Part shown: in pieces, positions 34,174 to 45,788 of the stretch
Layout: the number at the start of each line of letters is the position of its first letter
How positions within the stretch are numbered: position 1 is the first letter of the stretch
NCBI GenBank assembly: GCA_963806225.1
Contig: CAWDXG010000004.1
Span: 32,001 to 96,000, forward strand
Length of the DNA: 64,000 bases
Source: an uncultured delta proteobacterium
GTDB lineage: Bacteria; Myxococcota_A; Polyangia; Polyangiales; Polyangiaceae
Direction of reading: 5' to 3'
Made by a program: the position numbers and the translations under genes
Notes under the pieces: generated by a model
Seen by the model: only the letters and a program-made list of their open reading frames with translations
What the model was told of the DNA's origin: nothing
Databases searched by the model: none

Positions 34174-36147
34174 TCAGAGCGCTGCGAGGATCCGTTCGGC
34201 GACCTGCTTGCCGGTCAGGCCGAACTCCTCGGCGATGCGCTCTGCGGGTGCAGATGCGCCGAAGCGGTCGATGCCGATGCAGATGCCATCGCTGCCGGCG
34301 ACGGCGCGCCAGGGGGTCGACCGACCGGCTTCGATCGTGACCCGACGCACGCCCTTGCCGAGCACCGCTTCCTGCTCGGCTGCAGGCAGACGGCCAAAGG
34401 CCTCCAAGCATGGCGCAGAGACGACCCGCGTGGCGTATCCCTTCTGCTCGAGCAGCGCCCTCGCCTCGACCGCGACGTGCACCTCGCTGCCGGTTGCGAT
34501 GATCACGACTTCCGGATCGTCGCTGTCGGCCAGCACGTAGGCCCCCTTGAGCAGCTGGGCGGGATCGAAACCGGCGGGGCGATCGAGCGGCGGTAGCTTC
34601 TGGCGCGTCAGCGCCAGGGCGGTCGGGCCTTCGCGGCGCGTCAGGGCGTGCGTCCAGGCTGCGGCGCACTCGAGCGCATCGGCGGGGCGGACCACGTCCA
34701 GATTCGGGATCAAGCGCAGCGACGCCACCTGCTCGATCGCCTGGTGCGTCGGACCGTCCTCGCCGAGGAACACCGAGTCGTGCGTGAAGACGTACACCAC
34801 CTGCGTGCCCATCAGCGCCGCGAGGCGCATCGACGGGCGCATGTAGTCGCTGAAGATCAGGAACGTCGACCCGAACGGGATGAAGCACCCGCCCACGGCC
34901 ATCCCGTTGAGGATCGCTCCCATGCCGTGCTCGCGGATCCCGAAGTGCAGGTTGCGGCCCGCAAACTCGCCGCGCGCGATGTCTCCCGCGCCCTTGATGT
35001 TCGTCTTGGTGGACGCCGCCAGGTCGGCGGCGCCGCCGACCAGCGCCGGGACCAGCTCCGCCGCGCGCTGCTCGACCTTCGACGCGAGCGAGCGGGTGGC
35101 GTCTTTCTTCTGTTCTGCGGCCCGGAGCAGCTGTTCGAAGAGGTCGTCGGGCACGACGCGCTCGCCGAGCTGGCGCCACAGCTCGCCGCGCTCGCCGTCC
35201 AGGCCGCCGGCCGCGGTCTGCCACGCTTCGTAGAGCGGGAGATTGTCCTTCCGGCGCTCGTCGAACAGCGTCCGGGCGTCGTCCGGGATGCGGAACGTGG
35301 GCTCCAGCGGCCAGCCCGCAGCACTTCTTGGTAGCTTCGACTTCTTCCTTGCCGAGCGGCGAGCCGTGGGCGGCGGATGTGTCCTGCTTGTGCGGCGCGC
35401 CGATGGCGATATGCGTGCGCGCCACGATCAGCGACGGGCGTCCCGATTCGGCGACGGCCTTGTCCAGTGCGGCACGGACCTCGCTCGGGTCATGCCCATC
35501 CACGTGCTGGACGAACCAGCCGTAGGCCTCGAAGCGCTTGCCCACGTCCTCGCTGAACGTGATGTCCGTGTGCCCGTCGATGGTGATGTGGTTGTCGTCG
35601 TAGACAAGGACCAGATTGTCGAGGCCCAGATGCCCGGCGATGCTCGCCGCCTCGCTCGCGACGCCTTCCATCAGGTCGCCGTCGGAGCACAGGCCGAACA
35701 CGCGGTAGTCGATCAGCGTCGACTCGGGCGTGTTGACGCGAGCGCGAGCATTTTCGACGCGAGCGCCATCCCGACCGCGTTGCCAACGCCCTGCCCGAGC
35801 GGTCCGGTGGTGGTCTCGACGCCCGGCGTGTGTCCGAATTCGGGGTGCCCGGGCGTCTTCGAACCCCACTGGCGGAAATTCTCGAGCTCGGAGAGCGGCA
35901 GGTCGTAGCCCGCCAGATGCAGCACGGAGTAGAGCAGCATCGACGCGTGGCCGCAGGAGAGCACGAAGCGATCGCGGTTCGGCCACGTCGGATCGGCGGG
36001 GTTATAGCGGAGGTGCCGCGTGAAGATGTCGACGGTGATCCCCGCCAGAGCCATGGGCGTACCGGGATGGCCGCTATTGGCCTTCTCGACGCCATCGACG
36101 GACAGGAACTGCACCGTGCGGACCGCTTCTTCGAACGCGTTAGCCAT
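34174..36147 (-). CDS. tkt: transketolase; two frameshifts
   Basis: [65 protein letters not shown]. Confidence 0.97.
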
Positions 36148-36203
36148 GGTGGTGCCCCATAGCGCCAGACGCGCCCGGAACAAAGCGCGCGGCGCGGCGA
36201 CGC

Positions 36204-37405
36204 TCAGGGGCCGGCGTCGTGCCGGCTCTGCCGGATGGCCGCGTTGTGCTCGTTGAACGTGCGGCTAAACGTGTGTCCGCCGGCGCCGTTCGCCACGAAG
36301 AACAGGTAATCGGTGTGCGCGGGGTCGATCACGGCGGCGATCGACGCTCTCGCCGGGATTCGCGATCGGTCCCGGCGGCAACCCGGGATGGCGGTAGGTG
36401 TTGTAGGGGTTGTCGGGATCTCGCAGCATCGCCGGCGTGATGCGCCCGGAGTAGCCCGCGCAGCTCGCGGCCGCGTCGGGTTCTACCAGACAGCCGTAGC
36501 CCGCCGTGGGGTCCGCCTGCAGCGTGTGCAGCGGGCGGAAATCGGGATCGTCCAGCCGGTTGTAGTAGACGCTGGCCACTTTGCGGCGTTCGCCGGCGTG
36601 GCCGGTTTCCCGCTCGACGATGGACGCCAGCGTCAGCACCTCGTGCTCGCTCCAGCCGCGCTGCGTTTCGAGACGCGAGAGCGCGCCTGCGTGGAGTCGA
36701 TCCAGCTTCCTGAGCCGGCGGCGCGTCTGGCCGACCAGACGGCGCAGCACGAGCGCCGGGTCGTCATCGACGTGGAAGCTGTAGGTGGCCGGGAACAGAT
36801 AGCCCTCCGCCGAGGGCCCGCGGATGCGCAGCGATTCGAGCAGCTTCCGGTTCGTGGCGACCCCGCTGGAAGGCGCGGGCCGAGCAGATGCCGAGCTGCT
36901 GCAGCCGCTGGCCGACCTGGAGGTAGTTGTAGCCTTCCGGCGATGGTGACGTGCGCTTTCGGGCGCGCCGGCAGCCGCGCCAGCCGCTGCACCAGATCCC
37001 GGGGCGAGAGCGTGGTCGTGAAGCAGATGCGGGCCCGCCTGCGAGCGCGAGGGACGGTCGCACCAGCCGGAGGTAGGCGGCAAACAGCCGCGGGCTCGTC
37101 GACCAGCCCCGCGCGGGCCAGGAGCTCTCCGGCCTGGGTCGCGGTCTCCGGTCCTGCGGGCCACTCGAGCTGGACCTGGCGCCCCGTGCCTGGACCCGGC
37201 AGTGCGCCCCACACGAGTAGTGCGACGAGCGGAGCGAGCAGCGCGGCCAGCACAGCGGCGGCCCGCCTGTAGTAGCGCGGCCGGGATGCAGCGCGGCGTT
37301 GGGCCGGCGCTTTGCGTCGCTGGCGCGGCCTGCTGCTTTTTCGAAGCCGCTTTCCGTGCCGCTCCGGCGCGGCGTGGCGGTCTTTTCCGGGAACGCTGCG
37401 GTCAC
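36204..37405 (-). CDS. mltG: endolytic transglycosylase MltG; frameshifted, start approximate
   Basis: [49 protein letters not shown]. Canonical position downstream of ruvX. Confidence 0.92.
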
Positions 37406-37825
37406 GGCTCCTGCTCGCGCCGGGCGTCCAGCCAACTCTGCAACAGCACCGCAGCGGCGGCGCTGTCGATGCGGCTACGCGACTCGCGCTCTCCGAGGCC
37501 CTGGCTCTCGCAGTCGACCCTGGGCCTCGCGGGTCGTCAGCCACTCGTCGACGAGCTCGACACGCCTGCCGCTGCGCACCCGCAGCCGCTCGGCAAAGCG
37601 GCGCGCGCGCCGCGCCGGCGGGCCCTCTTCGCCATTCAGCCTGCGCGGCAGACCGACCACGAAGACGTCGATCTGCTCCTCGTCCGCTAGCCGTGCCAGC
37701 GATTCGACCACGCGGCCGGGATCGCGGCCGTCGAGATGCGGGCGGGGGTGGGCCATCAGGCCGAGCTCGTCGGCCACCGCCAGCCCCACGCGGACCTTTC
37801 CGAGGTCGATTCCTGCCGCCCGCAT
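37402..37825 (-). CDS. ruvX: Holliday junction resolvase-like / pre-16S rRNA nuclease YqgF
   Basis: MRAAGIDLGKVRVGLAVAD...FVVGLP...VDEWLTTREA...IDSAAAAVLLQSWLD. Confidence 0.92.
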
Positions 37826-37975
37826 CGGTTCCGGGGCTCTAGCACGAAGCGCCGGCTCACGGCGCTTTCCGCCTCTCCGCGCTGCGCCGGGGCCCGTACG
37901 GAGCTTGACCGCATCGCATGCTCCGAGCATAAGCCTCCCGGCGGCCGGAAGCCCCGGCCAACATGCGGACCTCAC

Positions 37976-39250
37976 ATGCGTTTCTCTCGAGTCAAGGGGA
38001 TGAACGACATCCTCCCCGACGAGGTCGGGAGCTGGCAGAGGCTCGAGGATGCGTTCCGCCGCGCCGTGGAGCTCTACGGCTACGCGGAGGTGCGCACCCC
38101 GGTCGTCGAGCCCACGGATCTGTTCGTGCGCTCCATCGGCGAGAACACCGATGTCGTCGAGAAGGAGATGTACACCTTCGAGCGGCACCGCGACTCGCTG
38201 ACATTGCGCCCGGAGGGCACTGCCGGGGCGGCCCGCGCCTACGTCGAGCACAAGCTCTGGACCCGCGAGCCCGTGTCCCGCTGGTACTACCTGGGTCCCA
38301 TGTTCCGGGCTGAACGCCCCCAGCGCGGCCGGTACCGGCAGTTCTACCAGGCGGGCTGCGAGATCTTCGGCGACCCGGGACCCGTGTGCGACGCGGAGAT
38401 GATCGACATGCTGTGCGCGCTCTTTGGCGAGCTCGGCATCAGCGATCTCGAGGTGTGCATCCACTCCATCGGCGGTCCGGGTGCCCGCGAGCGCTATCGT
38501 GCGGCTCTCGGAGACTATCTGCGCCCGCACGCCGCGGAGCTCAGCGAGCACGCGCGCGCCCGGCTCGAGGTGAACCCGCTCAGGATCCTCGACTCGAAGG
38601 ACGAACGCGACCAGCAGGTTGTCGCCGGGGCGCCGGCTATTCTCGATGTGCTGGACGAGGACGACCGCGGGCACTTCGACGGCCTGTGCGAGGCGCTCGA
38701 CGCGCTGGGCACGCCGTACCGGGTCGATCCATCGCTGGTGCGCGGGCTCGACTACTACACGCGCACGCTCTTCGAGATCAAATCGAGCTCCGGCGGCCTC
38801 GGTGCGCAGAACACCATCGCCGGAGGCGGGCGCTACGACGGCATGGTGCAGAGCCTGGGAGGCACCCAGGTGCCCGCGATCGGCTTCGCCATGGGCCTCG
38901 AGCGCATCCTGCTCGCGATGCCGGAGGCGAGCGCTCGGCCGGAGCCTCTCGTCTATGTCGCGCCCATGGGCAGAGCCGCGCAGCGCGAAGCTCTGGTGCT
39001 AGCGCGTGACGTGCGCACGCGGGGCTTTCGTGCCGAGCTGGACGGTCGCGGGAACTCGCTGAAGAGCATGCTCCGGCGCGCGGACTCGATGGGCGCGCGG
39101 CTGTGTGTCGTAATCGGGGACGCGGAGATCGAGCGGAAGGTCGTTGCGGTGAAGGATCTGGCAGAGCACACGCAGGACGAGTTGCCGCGTGCCGACGCTG
39201 CCGAACGCATCGTGGAGCGTCTGGGATCGGCGGGCGGGGGCCACGCTTGA
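37976..39250 (+). CDS. hisS: histidine--tRNA ligase
   Basis: VKGMNDILP, LRPEGTAG, FRAERPQRGRYRQF, LVRGLDYYTRT, GGGRYDG, GFAMGLER. Confidence 0.98.
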   Translation: MRFSRVKGMNDILPDEVGSWQRLEDAFRRAVELYGYAEVRTPVVEPTDLFVRSIGENTDVVEKEMYTFERHRDSLTLRPEGTAGAARAYVEHKLWTREPVSRWYYLGPMFRAERPQRGRYRQFYQAGCEIFGDPGPVCDAEMIDMLCALFGELGISDLEVCIHSIGGPGARERYRAALGDYLRPHAAELSEHARARLEVNPLRILDSKDERDQQVVAGAPAILDVLDEDDRGHFDGLCEALDALGTPYRVDPSLVRGLDYYTRTLFEIKSSSGGLGAQNTIAGGGRYDGMVQSLGGTQVPAIGFAMGLERILLAMPEASARPEPLVYVAPMGRAAQREALVLARDVRTRGFRAELDGRGNSLKSMLRRADSMGARLCVVIGDAEIERKVVAVKDLAEHTQDELPRADAAERIVERLGSAGGGHA

Positions 39251-41038
39251 GCTCCTCCGTCCGGATCTGGAGTGTGGCCTGCGCGGTCGCCGCGCTCATC
39301 CTCGTCAGCCTGCCCGCCCGCGCGCAGACCGATCCCTACGGCCCTGGGATGCAGCCCATGATGCCCGGGCAGCCGCCGCCCGGCGCGCGCCCCCAGCCGA
39401 AGCAGCAGAAGAAGAAGAAAGGCCAGCCGGAGATGCACGCGGCGCCCGGAGCGGGCGACCAGTTGGTGCCGCCGGGCAGTGAGCCGTCGCTGCCCGACCA
39501 TCCGCTCCAGATCAGCAAGAAGACCCGCAAGCGCATCGGCAGCGACATCACGAACGACGACCAGGAGCGGGGGCGTGCCGCCACGACCACGCGGCGCTTC
39601 TACGGGCCCTACTACGAGGAGACGAGCGGCCGCTACAAGCTGAAGCTCGCCTTCCCGTTGTGGTTCGAGCGCAAGCAGCCCGCGCTCACCGATCCGACGA
39701 AAACCGATCGCGCGTCGGTGTTCGGAGGTCTGTACTACAACCGGCGGAGCCCCACCCACGCCGACGACGTGCTGTTTCCGCTGTTCTGGAACCTGCGCAA
39801 TCCGGCCGAGGGCTCGCGCACGACGGTGGTCGGCCCCTTCGTCAACCGCGTGGCGCCGGGCGAGCGCGACAACTGGCTGGCGCCGCTCTACTTCACCGGC
39901 AAGCGCAAGCACGGCGGCTACACGCTGATCCCGCCACTTTTCACGTACACGCACACGGACGCGAAGGGCGGCTTCAATCTGGTGGGCCCGATGTTCTGTT
40001 CGTGGAAGGGCGGCTCGCACTGCGACGCCCGCACGGCGGAGGACATCGATTTCGGCGTCGCGCCGCTGTACTTCTACGGGCAGAACGAGCAGTCGAAGTA
40101 CGAGCTGATCCCGCCGCTCCTCCACTACTACCACTACAACGACCGCGATCAGTCGTGGTTGAACGTCTGGGGGCCGTACTACCGCGAGCACACGGCGAAG
40201 CGGGACATGCTCCACATCCTGCCCCTGTACTGGAGCATCTGGGGCAAGAACGAGCGACACACCACGCTGCTTCCGTTCTTCCACTACGGATGGAAGGACA
40301 AGTCGTGGCTGTTCATCAACCCGCTGTTCCTGATGGCGCGCGGCGAGCATAACGAGCGCACCTTCGTGACATGGGGCTACGCGCACTACCGCGGGCGCAC
40401 GCAGCTCGACATGATCACGCCGCTCTACTGGCACTATCGCGATCCCGACATCGATCTCGACGAGAAGCTCGTCTTCCCGTTCCTCTACTCGCGCACGAGC
40501 CCGCGCGAGTCGAACCAGGTGTTCTTCCCCTTCTGGGCGCACTTCCATCGCTACGGCGTGAGCGAGAGCACCTGGATCACGCCCTTCTTCCAGCACTCCA
40601 CCGATCTGCGTGGCTGGCAGACGAACATCAACCCGATCCTCTACCTCGGCCGGAACGGCCGCAGCACGCACACGGTGATCGCGCCGGTGTTCTGGGATTT
40701 CGCAAGCCCAGCGCAGCGCAGCTACCGTCGGGTTCCCCGTGTTCTGGCGCTTTGCCGATCAGGACACGGTCAGCGAGCTCGTTGGCAACGTCTACTACCA
40801 CCAGCGCCGACTGAAGGACGGGCTCGACTGGCAGATCCACATCTTCCCCGTGTTCTCCTACGGCGAGACGCCGGACGGTCACTGGTGGAACCTGTTCTAC
40901 GGACTGGCGGGCTACACACGTCGCGGCGACATGGTGAAGGTCCGCACATTGTGGATCCCGATCACGGTCTCGGGCACGGACAAGAACTACGGCGGGCCTG
41001 ATCGGCGCGGGTGGCATCGGCCCGAACGCGTCGGGTAG
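39247..41038 (+). CDS. secreted hypothetical protein with about 20 Pro-aromatic repeats; one frameshift near 40720
   Basis: TTG start overlapping the hisS stop, signal peptide ending ARAQ, repeated phi-phi-x-P-phi-aromatic units. Joined from ORFs 39103..41001 and 40739..41038. Confidence 0.8.
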
Positions 41039-41047
41039 AAGAACCGC

Positions 41048-42099
41048 GTGAAACGATTCAAGGCTGCCGTACTCGGCGGGTCCGGTTTTGCGGGCGCCGA
41101 GCTCACCCGCCACCTTCTGCTGCATCCCGACGTCGAGCTGGTCCGCGTGTGCGCGGTCGATCACGTCGGCGAGCTGCTCTCGTCCGCCCATCCCCACCTC
41201 GAGGGTCTGACGGATCTCAGGTTCGAGAACCTGCCGCCCGAGCGGGCCGCCGCCGGGGTCGACATCGTGCTGATGGGTCTGCCGCATCAGGCCAGCGTGG
41301 AACTGGTGCAGGCGGTGCTCGACCAGGAAACGCGCATTATCGACATGTCCGGCGCCTTCAGGCTGAAGCGCAGCTCCGCGTACGAGAAGTTCTACGGCTC
41401 GAAGCATCCGCGACCGGATCTGCTGGAGCGCTTCGTCTACGGCCTGCCCGAGCTGAACCGGGAGCGCATCAAGAAGACGCGCTACCTCGCCTCGCCCGGC
41501 TGCTTCGCCACGACCATCGAGCTCGGCCTGCTGCCGCTGGCGCGGGCCGGCCTGCTCGCGGGTCCGGTCCACACGGTCGGCATCACGGGTTCGAGCGGCG
41601 CAGGCGCCGTGCCGACGCCCACGACGCATCACCCCGTGCGCGCCAACAACCTGCGCAGCTACCGTCCGCTCTCGCACCCGCACGCCCCCGAGATCGAGGA
41701 CACGTTGAACGCCGCCGGCGCAAAGGACCTATCCCTCGGCTTCGTACCGGTGTCCGCTCCATTGGCGCGCGGCATCCTGGCCACGTCGTTCGCGCGCGTG
41801 CCGGCGGAGCTCGCTCCGAAGAGGAACTCGTCGCGCTCTACGACAGCTTCTGCGAATCGGAGCCGTTCGTGCGCCGCCCGCGCTCCCGCTTGCCCGAGGT
41901 CGTCGCCGTCGCCGGTTCCAACTACGCGGAGATCGGCCTCGCCCTCGGCCCCGTGGAAGGCGACACGCGGCTCGTGACGTGCTTCAGCGCCCTCGACAAC
42001 CTGGTCAAGGGCGGGGCCGGCCAGGCCATCCAGAACATGAACCTGATGCTCGGGCTCGACGAGCGCACGAGCCTCGAGGATCCGGGCGCGTATCCGTGA
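41048..42099 (+). CDS. argC: N-acetyl-gamma-glutamyl-phosphate reductase; one frameshift
   Basis: VLGGSGFAGAEL, IDMSGAFRL, YGLPEL, SPGCFATT, DNLVKGGAGQAIQNMN. Confidence 0.93.
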
Positions 42100-42180
42100 G
42101 GGCCCGCGGGGCCCGGCAGAGCGCTTGACCCGCGAGTCCGTGCCGGTGCCTGGGCGTCGGCCTGGATGAGCGCGGCTACC

Positions 42181-43568
42181 CTACCCGCCAGCGCCGCCGC
42201 CCCCGGGCTTGTACCAGCCGCCGAATGCCTGTGTGAGCCGCTCCGCTTCGGCGGGGCCCCACGACCCGGCGTCGTACGGGTGGAGCGGCGGCCGTTCGGC
42301 GAGCACCCGGTCGACGACGTTCCACTCGGCTTCGACCGCGCTCTGGGATGCGAACAGAATCGCGTTGCCCTTCCAGCGCGTCACCGAGCAGCCGCTCGTA
42401 GGGCGTCATGCTGCCAGAATCCGTCGCTGTGCGCGACCAGCTCCACGGGCTGTCCCGACATCTCCTCGCCCGGGCGCTTGGTGCGCAGTCCGAGGGCGAT
42501 CGCAACGTCTGGTCCGAGCCGGTAGCGCAGGTAGGTGGCGCCCGCAGGAACCGGATCGCCCAGCGCGGGTCGGGGCGGTCGCTTGAACGTCACGCGCGCC
42601 TCGGTCGCTGTCACCGGCAGCTGCTTGCCCGAACGGATGAAGAACGGCACGTCCGCCCAGCGGTCGTTGTCGATGAAGAGCCTCACCGCACAGTACGTCT
42701 CCACGTCCGAGGCGGCCGCGACGCCCGGCTCGTTCCGGTAGCCGCGGAACTGGCCGCGCACCACGTCATCGCGCTCTAGTGACTTCATCGCGCGGATCAC
42801 GCGCGAGCGCGATTCGCGCAGCGATTCGCCGTTGCCCGGCGGGTCCATCGCGAGCGTCGCCACGGTCTGCAGCAAATGGTTCTGCAGCACGTCGCGAATC
42901 GCGCCGGTCTGATCGTAGAAAGCGCCGCGGCCCTTGATCCCGAAATCCTCGGCCATGGTGATCTGCACGTTGTCGACGTAGTGCCGGTTCCACAGAGGCT
43001 CGAACAGGCCGTTGGCGAAGCGGAAGTAGCTCAGGTTCTCGACCGGCTCCTTGCCCAGGAAGTGGTCGATCCGGTAGATGTCCGGCTCCGGGAACGCGTC
43101 GAGTAGCGTCCGGTTCAGCGCGCGGGCCGACTCGAGGTCGTGGCCGAACGGCTTTTCGATGACCAGTCGCCCGCCCTGGGCACAGCCGCTTTTCTTCAGT
43201 GCCTCGACCACGTCGTCGAAGAGCGACGGCGGGATCGCCATGTAGTACAGCGGGTGCTTCGCCGCTCCGAGCTTGTTGCGCAGTGTCTCGAAGGTGCCCG
43301 GGTCGCCGTAGTCACCGTCGATGTACGAGAGCAGGTCGACGAGCTTCTTGAACGTAGCCTCGTCGAGCCTCCTCTCCGCGTTCTCGATGCCGTCGCGGGC
43401 CCGTTCGACGAGCTCTTGCTTGCCCCAACCGCTCTTGGCAACGCCGATCACCGGCACCCTGAGCCCCCCGGCTCCCACCAGACGGTAGAGAGCCGGGAAG
43501 ATCATCTTGTGGGCGAGGTCGCCGGTGGCGCCGAAGAAAACGAAAGCGTCGGCGCTGTTCGCGTTCAT
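42181..43568 (-). CDS. zwf: glucose-6-phosphate 1-dehydrogenase; C-terminal frameshifts
   Basis: [47 protein letters not shown]. Confidence 0.95.
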
Positions 43569-44578
43569 GACTTCTTTTCTGCGTGACCGCCGAATTCGCT
43601 ACGCATTGCGGACAGGACCTTGTTGGCGAACTCCGCGTTGCCGCGGGAGCCGAAACGCTCCGTCAGCGCGATGCTCAGCACCGGCGCGGGCACGCCCTCG
43701 TCGATCGCGGCGTGGAGCGTCCAGCGTCCCTCGCCCGAGTCCGACACGCGGCCGGAGAAGGCGGACAAGTCCTTGTCGTCGAGCAGCGCGTGGGCAGTCA
43801 GGTCGAGCAGCCAGGACTGGATGACGCTGCCGCGACGCCACACCTCGGCGACTGCACCGAGATCGAGGTCGTACTGGTAGTAGCCCGGGTCGCGCATCGG
43901 TGCCGTCTCCGCGTCCGTGTCGTGCTTCCGCTTGCCGGCATTGGCGTTCTTCAGCACGTTCAGACCCTCGGCGTAGGCCGCCATCAGGCCGTACTCGATG
44001 CCGTTGTGCACCATCTTGACGAAGTGACCGGCGCCGGCGGCGCCGCAGTGCAGGTAGCCCTTCTCGGCGGGTGTGGGCGTGCCGCTCCGCCCCTCGGTGC
44101 GCGGGGCGCCTTCAACGCCAGGCGCTAGCGCCTCGAAGATCGGATCGAGGCGTTTCACGGCCTCGTCCGGACCGCCGATCATCTGGCAGTAGCCGCGCTC
44201 GAGGCCCCACACGCCACCGGAGACGCCGACGTTGACAGAGTGGATGCCGCGCTCGGCAAGCTTGCGCGCGCGATCGACGTCGTCGCGATAGTACGAGTTG
44301 CCGCCGTCGATCAGCGTGTCGCCCTTGTCCAGGTGCGCCGCGACCTTCTCGGCGGTTTCCGTCACGAACGCCGCCGGGACCATCAGCCACACGGCGCGCG
44401 GTGCGCTCAGCTTCGACGCCATGTCCTCGAGCGAATCTGCGGCCACGGCTCCCTCCTTGGCGAGGGCCTTCACCGCGTCGGGCGACACATCGAAGACGAC
44501 GCACTCGTGCCCCGCCTTCATCAGCCGCCGCACCATATTGGCGCCCATCCTTCCCAGTCCGACCATACCGATGCGCAT
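43565..44578 (-). CDS. gnd: 6-phosphogluconate dehydrogenase (short, decarboxylating)
   Basis: [55 protein letters not shown]. Confidence 0.96.
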   Translation of the reverse strand: MRIGMVGLGRMGANMVRRLMKAGHECVVFDVSPDAVKALAKEGAVAADSLEDMASKLSAPRAVWLMVPAAFVTETAEKVAAHLDKGDTLIDGGNSYYRDDVDRARKLAERGIHSVNVGVSGGVWGLERGYCQMIGGPDEAVKRLDPIFEALAPGVEGAPRTEGRSGTPTPAEKGYLHCGAAGAGHFVKMVHNGIEYGLMAAYAEGLNVLKNANAGKRKHDTDAETAPMRDPGYYQYDLDLGAVAEVWRRGSVIQSWLLDLTAHALLDDKDLSAFSGRVSDSGEGRWTLHAAIDEGVPAPVLSIALTERFGSRGNAEFANKVLSAMRSEFGGHAEKKS

Positions 44579-44725
44579 GCGTTCGTTCCTTTCGCTTGGG
44601 TTCCCGTCGACAGTCGTCGCTTGTCGCGGCGCTCGCTGCAAGAGAGGAGCGCCGGGCGGCGGGAACGCCTGGCTTCGGAAATCCAGCTACCCGGGCCGGC
44701 CATTGGCCCCGGCCGGGCGGCCGCT

Positions 44726-45574
44726 TCAGGACGGATCGGCGCAGCAGCGGAAGCCGGTCTCGGTGCCGTTGTAGTAGCGGTCGTGGGCGGTCTGGGCGGC
44801 GCGGCAGTAGTTGCGGCTGGGCTGCCAGTAGGCGCCCTTCATCGCCGGACGCACCGGATGGGTGCCGTCGATGCTGACGAACTCCTCGAGATTTCCGGCC
44901 AGGTCGTGCACGCCGAAGGGGCTCACGCAGCGCGGGTACTCGCCCTTTCCGGCGCGCATGTCGCGGAGCTTGCCGTGGTCGTCCACCACGTCGAAGTGAT
45001 CGGCGTTGCAGGCCGTGCTGTCGCGCTTCCAGCCGTAGGGATAGGGCCGCATCTCTTCGCCTTCACACGCGAAGTTGTACTCGCTTTCCATGCAGACCCG
45101 CTTGCCGAGGCTCTTGCAGGTCTTCTCCGCCATGGTCCAGCTCTGGTGGTTTTCGGGCAGGGTCTGGCCGGGCGGCGTGTACTCGTACTTGTCCATGCAG
45201 AAGCGCAGGTGCACGCGGTGTTTTGACCGGCACCTGGCGGGCTGCTCGTACTCGGCGCAGCGGAATTCGTGGTAGCGCCCAGGCGGGTCCATCCAGTGCA
45301 GGCACTTCTGCTCGACTTCCGGGCAGTACTCGCCATCGACGAGAACCATGCCGTCGGGGCACGCCGAGGTCGCCTCGTCGGTGGGGTCGTCCAGCGACGA
45401 CGGCGCGATCGCTGCCAGCGTCTGGGGATCCCGCGGAGCGGGCGCAGGCCGAGCAGCGACAGGCGCGGGGGCAGCGCTGGGCTGGGCAGCCGGGGTGGGT
45501 TCGGGTCGCTGGTTGCACGAAGCGAGCACGAACGCTCCCACGGCCGCGACGACGGCAGCATGGACGAGGCGCAC
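44726..45574 (-). CDS. FGE-sulfatase-fold lipoprotein
   Basis: Lipobox LASC, CPDGMVLV, FCMDKYEY, ACEGEEMRPYPYG, SPFGVHDLAGNLEE, GFRCC. Confidence 0.88.
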   Translation of the reverse strand: MRLVHAAVVAAVGAFVLASCNQRPEPTPAAQPSAAPAPVAARPAPAPRDPQTLAAIAPSSLDDPTDEATSACPDGMVLVDGEYCPEVEQKCLHWMDPPGRYHEFRCAEYEQPARCRSKHRVHLRFCMDKYEYTPPGQTLPENHQSWTMAEKTCKSLGKRVCMESEYNFACEGEEMRPYPYGWKRDSTACNADHFDVVDDHGKLRDMRAGKGEYPRCVSPFGVHDLAGNLEEFVSIDGTHPVRPAMKGAYWQPSRNYCRAAQTAHDRYYNGTETGFRCCADPS

Positions 45575-45788
45575 GAGGCCCGACTTTTCGGCGGGCGGGC
45601 GGTTCCGTCAAGCCGTCCGGCCATTTTCCAGCCGCAGGGCGATTTTCGGCGGCGCTCCCCGTGTCGCCCAATCGGTGTTTCTTTCTGAAAAGTCAGCTAT
45701 TTGCGGGCTGCCCTGGATTTGGAGCTCGAGCTCCCGCGGCGGCCGGGCCGGATGCTCGGTCTTCCGGTCGGACGCTGCGCTCCCCGGC

